A stretch of DNA of 64,000 nt from contig JAHDDJ010000001.1 in NCBI GenBank assembly GCA_020629385.1, forward strand, positions 5,797 through 69,796, given 5' to 3'. Made by a program: the position numbers and the translations under genes. The stretch comes from Erythrobacter sp. Its GTDB lineage: Bacteria; Pseudomonadota; Alphaproteobacteria; Sphingomonadales; Sphingomonadaceae. Below, one piece after another: positions 58,497 to 64,000 of the stretch (the stretch's first letter is position 1; each line of letters opens with the position of its first letter). The notes beneath the pieces were generated by a model that was not told the DNA's origin, did not search any database, and worked only from the letters and a program-made list of their open reading frames with translations.

Positions 58497-60638
58497 TTAA
58501 GAGGAGCGAATTTGCTCAGCAGCAGTAACTGCCGCGCGTGAAACTTCTAAAATCTCAGATAAGGGTATCAAAGCCTGTTTTCCGCTTTTGAGAGTATCAA
58601 CATACCGCTGCACACAGATCGTCTGCCCCTTATTCTGCCGTAAAGAGCGCTTGTATTTAAATCCTTGCCACCCGAACCCTCTCAGGGACCGGTAATTATC
58701 TAGCTGTAACACCGCATCACCAACAAACACTTCAAGACGTTCCTTTGGAAAAACCTTCCCACCATTTGCAAAGTATTGAATAGAACCGATCGATCCATCT
58801 TCAAATTGCAAAGAAATGACAGCTTTATCTTCCGTTACCTCATCAAAGGTGTTTTCTCCCATGGCCATAGCGCTAATACTTTTTATAGGGGAACCCGCCA
58901 GAAATCTCATTAAATCTATAAGGTGACAGGCTTCACCGATAATACGGCCACCTCCCTGCTCTATGGACTGGACCCATGAATCACCTGGTATGGCTCCAGC
59001 GTTCATCGTAAAGTTGAAACATTTTGGCTGCGGCTTGGCATCTAATAATGTCTTCATGTTCTCTACCAGGGGTGCAAATCTCCGATTGAAACCAATCATT
59101 AGAGACTTGCCAGCCGCTGCGTCGCTCATAACAGCCGCTTGCACAGCATCGAGTTCAGCGTGCGTAAGCCCCAATGGTTTTTCAACGAACACGTGCTTAC
59201 CTTGGTGCAATGCGTCGCAGACGAATTTAGCGTGTGTATCGTGACGCGTGGCTACGACAATTACGTCAGTAGTTTCACTTTTTAGGACTGCGTCAGCGTC
59301 AGTTGAAACCGCCTTAAATCCTTTTTCTGCACCATGGTGGGACCCGCCTACGCCTCCCCGGTTAACTACTGTATCCAAGGTCACATCTGTGCTTTGAAAG
59401 GCCGGCATCAAAATTCTGGATGCGTAGTTACCAGAGCCGATGAATGACACAGCAAGCTTGTCTATCGTTGATTTTACAGTTGATGAGAGGGATTGATTTA
59501 GATTGACCGTTTTGGCCAATACGGTTTCAGCGCCCCTGTCAGGATACTCGAGTAAAATTCCCATTGCGTTTTTATTCGATGTTACTTCGCTGTAAGCGTC
59601 GCCAGCATCCTCTACGGAGTAGCGGGAAGTAATTAATTCTTTCACTGATAGGCGACCCTGTTGCATTAGCTGCAGTACCGCCTCAAAGTTACGCTTTTCT
59701 GTCCAACGTACGTAGCCTATTGGGTAATCGTTTCCTTCTTCCTCGTGAAAAGGATCATATCGCCCTGCACCGTAGGAGCACGACACTTGAAAAGTTAATT
59801 CTTTTTCGTAAAAGTCGGCACGATTGAGTTGTAGCCCCGTAACGCCCACCAAAACGATACGACCACGTTTCCGGCAGCACTGTGCAGCATGGGTAATTGG
59901 ATCTGAACTATTGGTAGATGCGGTTATGATTACGGCGTCTACACCATCCAGTGAGGTGTGTGATTTTACTGCCTGAACAACATCGGTGTCGCTAGTAAGC
60001 ACAACGCCTGAAGCACCATAGCCTTCCGCAAGCTTTACCTTGCTCTCATCGTAATCAGTCCCGATAACATTACAACCCTGGGCAACGAGCAACTGGACAG
60101 TGAGCAGGCCAATTAATCCTAAACCCATGACCACGACCGTCTCCCCTAGCGACGGATTTATCAGACGAATACCCTGCAGTCCGATAGCAGCGACAGGCAC
60201 AAACGTAGCCTCATCATCTGAAACATTCGATGGGATTTTTGCGGCTAGGTTACGGGAAACTGAAACCACTTCGGCGTGAGGACCATTACATACAATCCTG
60301 TCACCAACCGAGAATTCCTCGCAGTTTGAATCAACCACATTACCTACCGAGCAGTAACCCATTTGAATTGGCTGATTAAGCTTGCTTCGCACAGAGTCCA
60401 GAGTTGCTATAGCCCCATCGGTCGCGACCTTATCAACAACTGCCTTGACCTTATCTGGTTGTTGTCGTGCTTTCTGAGCTAGATTTCCTTGGCCAAATTT
60501 TACTAGAGACTTTTCGGTTCCGATGGAGATCAAAGATCGAGTGGCATGGCTGAGAACTCCCTTATCTAAGACAACGGGTAGCGGTGAATCGATAACGGAT
60601 GTTTTTCCGCTGCTCAAACTTTGTATAACTGTGCGCAT
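58497..60638 (-). CDS. Bi-domain oxidoreductase (MDR alcohol-dehydrogenase-like + Gfo/Idh/MocA), WeeE-like
   Basis: SLISIGTE, GLGLIG, SCSYGAGRYD and YVRWTE, then IGSGNYA, FVEKP, GFNRRF and GGRIIGEACH. Confidence 0.9.
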   Translation of the reverse strand: MRTVIQSLSSGKTSVIDSPLPVVLDKGVLSHATRSLISIGTEKSLVKFGQGNLAQKARQQPDKVKAVVDKVATDGAIATLDSVRSKLNQPIQMGYCSVGNVVDSNCEEFSVGDRIVCNGPHAEVVSVSRNLAAKIPSNVSDDEATFVPVAAIGLQGIRLINPSLGETVVVMGLGLIGLLTVQLLVAQGCNVIGTDYDESKVKLAEGYGASGVVLTSDTDVVQAVKSHTSLDGVDAVIITASTNSSDPITHAAQCCRKRGRIVLVGVTGLQLNRADFYEKELTFQVSCSYGAGRYDPFHEEEGNDYPIGYVRWTEKRNFEAVLQLMQQGRLSVKELITSRYSVEDAGDAYSEVTSNKNAMGILLEYPDRGAETVLAKTVNLNQSLSSTVKSTIDKLAVSFIGSGNYASRILMPAFQSTDVTLDTVVNRGGVGGSHHGAEKGFKAVSTDADAVLKSETTDVIVVATRHDTHAKFVCDALHQGKHVFVEKPLGLTHAELDAVQAAVMSDAAAGKSLMIGFNRRFAPLVENMKTLLDAKPQPKCFNFTMNAGAIPGDSWVQSIEQGGGRIIGEACHLIDLMRFLAGSPIKSISAMAMGENTFDEVTEDKAVISLQFEDGSIGSIQYFANGGKVFPKERLEVFVGDAVLQLDNYRSLRGFGWQGFKYKRSLRQNKGQTICVQRYVDTLKSGKQALIPLSEILEVSRAAVTAAEQIRSS

Positions 60639-60789
60639 AGATGTTAACAATCAAACTCTATAAAAGGGTCGCTGGCGCGAATAGTAACTTGAAAATTGTT
60701 AGTAATGCCAAATAGTCTCCGAATTCTGCGTATACAGACCTAAATTAAGGGCAAACTTATTGAAGTTAAGAAATACATAGAAAAGACCC

Positions 60790-60954
60790 TAGTTTTTTGT
60801 TTGACAGAAGAATAAATTCTAAGTTTTTTCACACTTTTTTCGGGGACTAATTTCGGGGCTTTTTTGATTATAAAAAGCATAGTTCCAATACTCATCCATG
60901 TGAGATGCCCCTGTTTGCTGGTCCAATCAAACTGTTAGTTTTTTTTGACAGAAG
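60790..60954. repeat. Imperfect direct repeat TAG-T(n)-GACAGAAG, two copies in an AT-rich intergenic region
   Basis: tagttttttgtttgacagaag (60790-60810) and tagttttttttgacagaag (60936-60954). Confidence 0.55.
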
Positions 60955-61171
60955 TATCAGAAAGCTGGGAAACCGGTCGCCGTTATGTAAATATGTGAAC
61001 GTCAGAAACCACAAAAAATTCCCGTCTTTAGAAAAGCAATATTGCTTTATCGCGTTCGAACAGTAGGGGTGTTCGCCTTCACCGAAGCATACTTATTTCA
61101 TCTTGATGATTTTACAGTAACTGGGCTTTGTTACTGCAAACCTCAATGTTGAGTGGAGACACATCTACTGA

Positions 61172-62182
61172 TTACGTAGAGTTGTAAATACCCATGATAT
61201 CTTCAAAATAATCAGCCCCAAGCGATTCAGACATGCTGGGCCCCTTCAATATCGCTTCTTTTAAAGCACCTGCAAGCGATCGATAGTCTCCGCTTGCAAA
61301 CTGAATTACTCCGTTTGGACGTTTAACTGCATCACTGGCAACACAACTCACGCCTTTGGATAAGGATTCTCTTACGGAAAGTGAGTCACCATCTGTCCTA
61401 GTAGCACGGATCGAAACCGTAGCGTAAGTTAATAGAGCTGTATAACTGACATCTTTACCGCCAACATATATTACTTTCCAACTATCAGACTGATGCCCTG
61501 CAAAAAATTCGATTAGGTCACTACGATACTCGTTTGATGGATCCAAAAGGACTAGCACTGCAGTGCACTCATGGTCCATCGTCTTTGCCAAGTACTGGTA
61601 TGCCTCAAGTATCAAGTCAAACCCATAAACCTCTTCACCATTCAAAAGATTCTTGCGATAACAGTTACTAACCAGTACCTGACGGTATCCATGAATACCT
61701 CTCTTCAGTGAGGCTGGTATGTCTTCATATCCAGAGCCAGCAATGTATGCAGGTATCCTAACCATCTTCTTGCGCTTGTATAGTCTACCGTTTGAATAAA
61801 ATCGCAAACTCTTTTCGTTAACAAATATCGTGGTGCTGCAAAAAATGATTGTTAAGCCGGTTCTAACCCATCCCAATTGTTGCTCGTTGTGATGAGTGTA
61901 TATAACTTTTTTGCCTAACAACCTAGCAATTAAACACACAAGCACTTTTAATGCACTGGAGATATGTATGTGAACGATCTCACATTTACTTAAAAACTGA
62001 AACACCTCAAACAAACTGCTATATTCACCACCTTTAGTTACAATTTTCCTCTGACGAATATCGAGCAAGGCCACTACCTCTTCATTCCTATCATCGAAAA
62101 TCATTCGTTTGACATGAAGAGAAATACCTCCTATCGGAGGCGGCAATGCGCCGAGTAACAGCACTCTAGGATATTTTTGCAT
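61172..62182 (-). CDS. Glycosyltransferase (GT-B / family 4-like)
   Basis: PPPIGGISLH, YGFD and RATRTDGDSLSVRESL (variant of the EX7E region). Confidence 0.8.
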   Translation of the reverse strand: MQKYPRVLLLGALPPPIGGISLHVKRMIFDDRNEEVVALLDIRQRKIVTKGGEYSSLFEVFQFLSKCEIVHIHISSALKVLVCLIARLLGKKVIYTHHNEQQLGWVRTGLTIIFCSTTIFVNEKSLRFYSNGRLYKRKKMVRIPAYIAGSGYEDIPASLKRGIHGYRQVLVSNCYRKNLLNGEEVYGFDLILEAYQYLAKTMDHECTAVLVLLDPSNEYRSDLIEFFAGHQSDSWKVIYVGGKDVSYTALLTYATVSIRATRTDGDSLSVRESLSKGVSCVASDAVKRPNGVIQFASGDYRSLAGALKEAILKGPSMSESLGADYFEDIMGIYNST

Positions 62183-62510
62183 TCAGATTTACACCTGACC
62201 TACTGAAACACAGTAACGGGAATCACCGCTTGATCTGGGATTTCATAACATGTTTACATAATAGCGATAGCTTACGATGCAAAAATTGACATTTGCTACC
62301 AGACTCAATAAGACTTTGATACTCGCGATTAACCATTGGTTTTCAGTCTTCAGAATTAAGCTATGTCTTTTCGCGTAGACCCAAGAAAGAAAATTTACCA
62401 GTATCCCAACGCTCCACGAACCACGCCATTGGTATTTTTTCCTAAAAGACTGGGCGTAACACCCTGACGCAAAAAAGCTAGAGGCCTCCATATTGTCTCG
62501 TGAGATCTGC

Positions 62511-63431
62511 TCACCACACATACCCTAGCACCCAACTGTGTAAGCGGTCCAATCGGTTCTGAGAAAGTTTTAAATCTAAATCATTGATTTCTATTTGGCC
62601 TGGGTTAACGATACACGCAACATCACTGAGCTCGGAAGAATAATCTCCCACCCAAGGCGACATGATCGGTATTACCCCCCTCGCCGCGTATTCAACTACC
62701 TTCAGAGGGGAAGCTGTACGATTTACCAAATTATCATCCCTAACAATAAAACCATAATTCGCATGGTCAAGATAACTAAAAACCTCATCCCTCGAGCACG
62801 TAATGACTTTTGTATTAGGCAAACGATACCTTTCCACTATCTCAGAGGCCTTATCAACCTCCTTCGTTAGCACCACAAATTCTCGGTCTTTATAATTCAA
62901 GTTGCCATATAACTCACACGCCCGCTCAAAACCCTGCCATACGCTTAAAGAGCCCGCATATATAAATGTCAGTTTTTTGTTAACTAACACTTTTCTATGA
63001 ACATACATTCTGTTTAAGTTACAGGGTTCGACGCGAGTGACGTCAATACCGTGGGTACAACTTATGTAGTTACTTAGTGCGTTTGACACCGTCCAAACCT
63101 CGTCTGCCGCTCTACACGAACAACGCTCCATGAAAAAAAGAAAGTACTTTCTAATTCGCGATCTGTGTCTTAGAAAGCTCTCCTCTGAAATTATCCCTCT
63201 GAAATCAAATATTATATGCAGCTTTTTAAATCGCACCCTTGAATGCAAGTACACAGTCAAAAAGTCAAACACAGACCTAACGTATACACGTGATTTCGCA
63301 GGTATATCATCCAAGTCTTTCGTTGTGCAAATGATATCTGATTCGCTAAATCTTTCCACAATCTGAGACTTCAAAATTGCTTCAGATATAGCTCGAGGAA
63401 CCACCACGTGAATTGGTGTTAGAAGATCCAT
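62511..63431 (-). CDS. Glycosyltransferase (GT-B / family 4-like), possibly C-terminally truncated
   Basis: FDFRG..SEE, TVSNAL, YAGSLSVWQ and NRTASPLKVVEY..G. Confidence 0.78.
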   Translation of the reverse strand: MDLLTPIHVVVPRAISEAILKSQIVERFSESDIICTTKDLDDIPAKSRVYVRSVFDFLTVYLHSRVRFKKLHIIFDFRGIISEESFLRHRSRIRKYFLFFMERCSCRAADEVWTVSNALSNYISCTHGIDVTRVEPCNLNRMYVHRKVLVNKKLTFIYAGSLSVWQGFERACELYGNLNYKDREFVVLTKEVDKASEIVERYRLPNTKVITCSRDEVFSYLDHANYGFIVRDDNLVNRTASPLKVVEYAARGVIPIMSPWVGDYSSELSDVACIVNPGQIEINDLDLKLSQNRLDRLHSWVLGYVW

Positions 63432-64000
63432 CGCACGTTTCTCAATGAGACTAAAATCAGCAGTGCGAATGTTATCGCAAAGGTAACATTTGAAAATTTA
63501 CTTCGGCGAAATACAAAACTGATGAATATTATGCAAGGTATCAAACCAGCCCTTACTCTTTCTTGGAAACCATCATTTATAAGGGTGTAAGCCACGAGAT
63601 TGAACAAAACCAGAAAGCTAGAAAAATAGTATAAGTTTAGGTGTTCCCCACTCACTTTGGCCGTATCTGAAATGGGCTTCAAAAACAAATATACAAAGTA
63701 AACCCAGGCCATTGCAAACATTATGTGTGACAGTTTCGTGAACACGTTATCATCGTAGTAGGAGCTACCGTCAACGGCCTGAGCTATCAGCTGGAATGGT
63801 GACGTACCTACCAGCCCTAATGGAATCTTGATCATTCTCGAAATTTCGAAGCGATAGTGCCCTATTAGCATTACTAAAAATACCGAAACAACGAGGCAGA
63901 TAAATAAGGCCCATCCGTATTTCCGCTTTACTGTAACGCTCAAAATGGCACTTACGACAACTCCAGCCAGAAGCGCGCTCAATAACTCTGTTCTTGTGAA
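63419..64000 (-). CDS. Polytopic membrane protein, probable Wzy polymerase; 5' end lies outside the window
   Basis: Frame is open to the window edge (FTRTELLSALLAG...). Multiple TM segments and a Q-x-R-x-R motif near the C-terminus. Overlaps the next GT. Confidence 0.55.
   Translation of the reverse strand, partial: FTRTELLSALLAGVVVSAILSVTVKRKYGWALFICLVVSVFLVMLIGHYRFEISRMIKIPLGLVGTSPFQLIAQAVDGSSYYDDNVFTKLSHIMFAMAWVYFVYLFLKPISDTAKVSGEHLNLYYFSSFLVLFNLVAYTLINDGFQERVRAGLIPCIIFISFVFRRSKFSNVTFAITFALLILVSLRNVRWIF

Noticed and set aside
62243-62521. 92-aa ORF between two glycosyltransferases
   Set aside because: No motif or clear RBS, and it overlaps the likely original 3' end of the upstream GT. 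It cannot be supported as a gene.
1-64000. CRISPR arrays, tRNA/rRNA, IS elements, integrases
   Set aside because: No regularly spaced repeats, RNA-gene signatures or transposase/recombinase ORFs were seen by eye. Short RNAs could have been missed.

Overview
The window is almost entirely one large, mosaic bacterial surface-polysaccharide region with a Gram-negative envelope architecture (outer-membrane beta-barrel, OPX lipoprotein, Wzc). About 51 CDS are arranged in 12 alternating-strand blocks. They include one Wzc / short-OPX / beta-barrel export set, two Wzx-like flippases, three Wzy/ligase-like membrane proteins, three initiating phosphoglycosyl transferases (WecA plus two PglC-type), about ten GT2/GT4 glycosyltransferases, and nucleotide-sugar enzymes (Ugd, ManC, WecB, WbpB/WbpD, two DegT aminotransferases, PglD-like). 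There are also many tailoring enzymes: four AsnB-type amidotransferases, a deacetylase, a GNAT, two methyltransferases and an AlkP-fold protein. The most unusual elements are three. (1) Three secreted PL1 (pectate-lyase-fold) paralogs sit inside the biosynthesis locus; they share private motifs and appear to lack canonical Ca2+-binding aspartates, and they may cleave the cell's own amidated uronate polymer. (2) A coupled IMPase / MtnK-type kinase / nucleotidyltransferase cassette may activate an unusual pentose. (3) A GtrA / FAD-oxidoreductase / GT2-GtrA / ManC / methyltransferase cassette is accompanied by an orphan GT-C. I saw no rRNA, tRNA, CRISPR array or transposase. All family calls come from motif recognition by eye, with no database searches.
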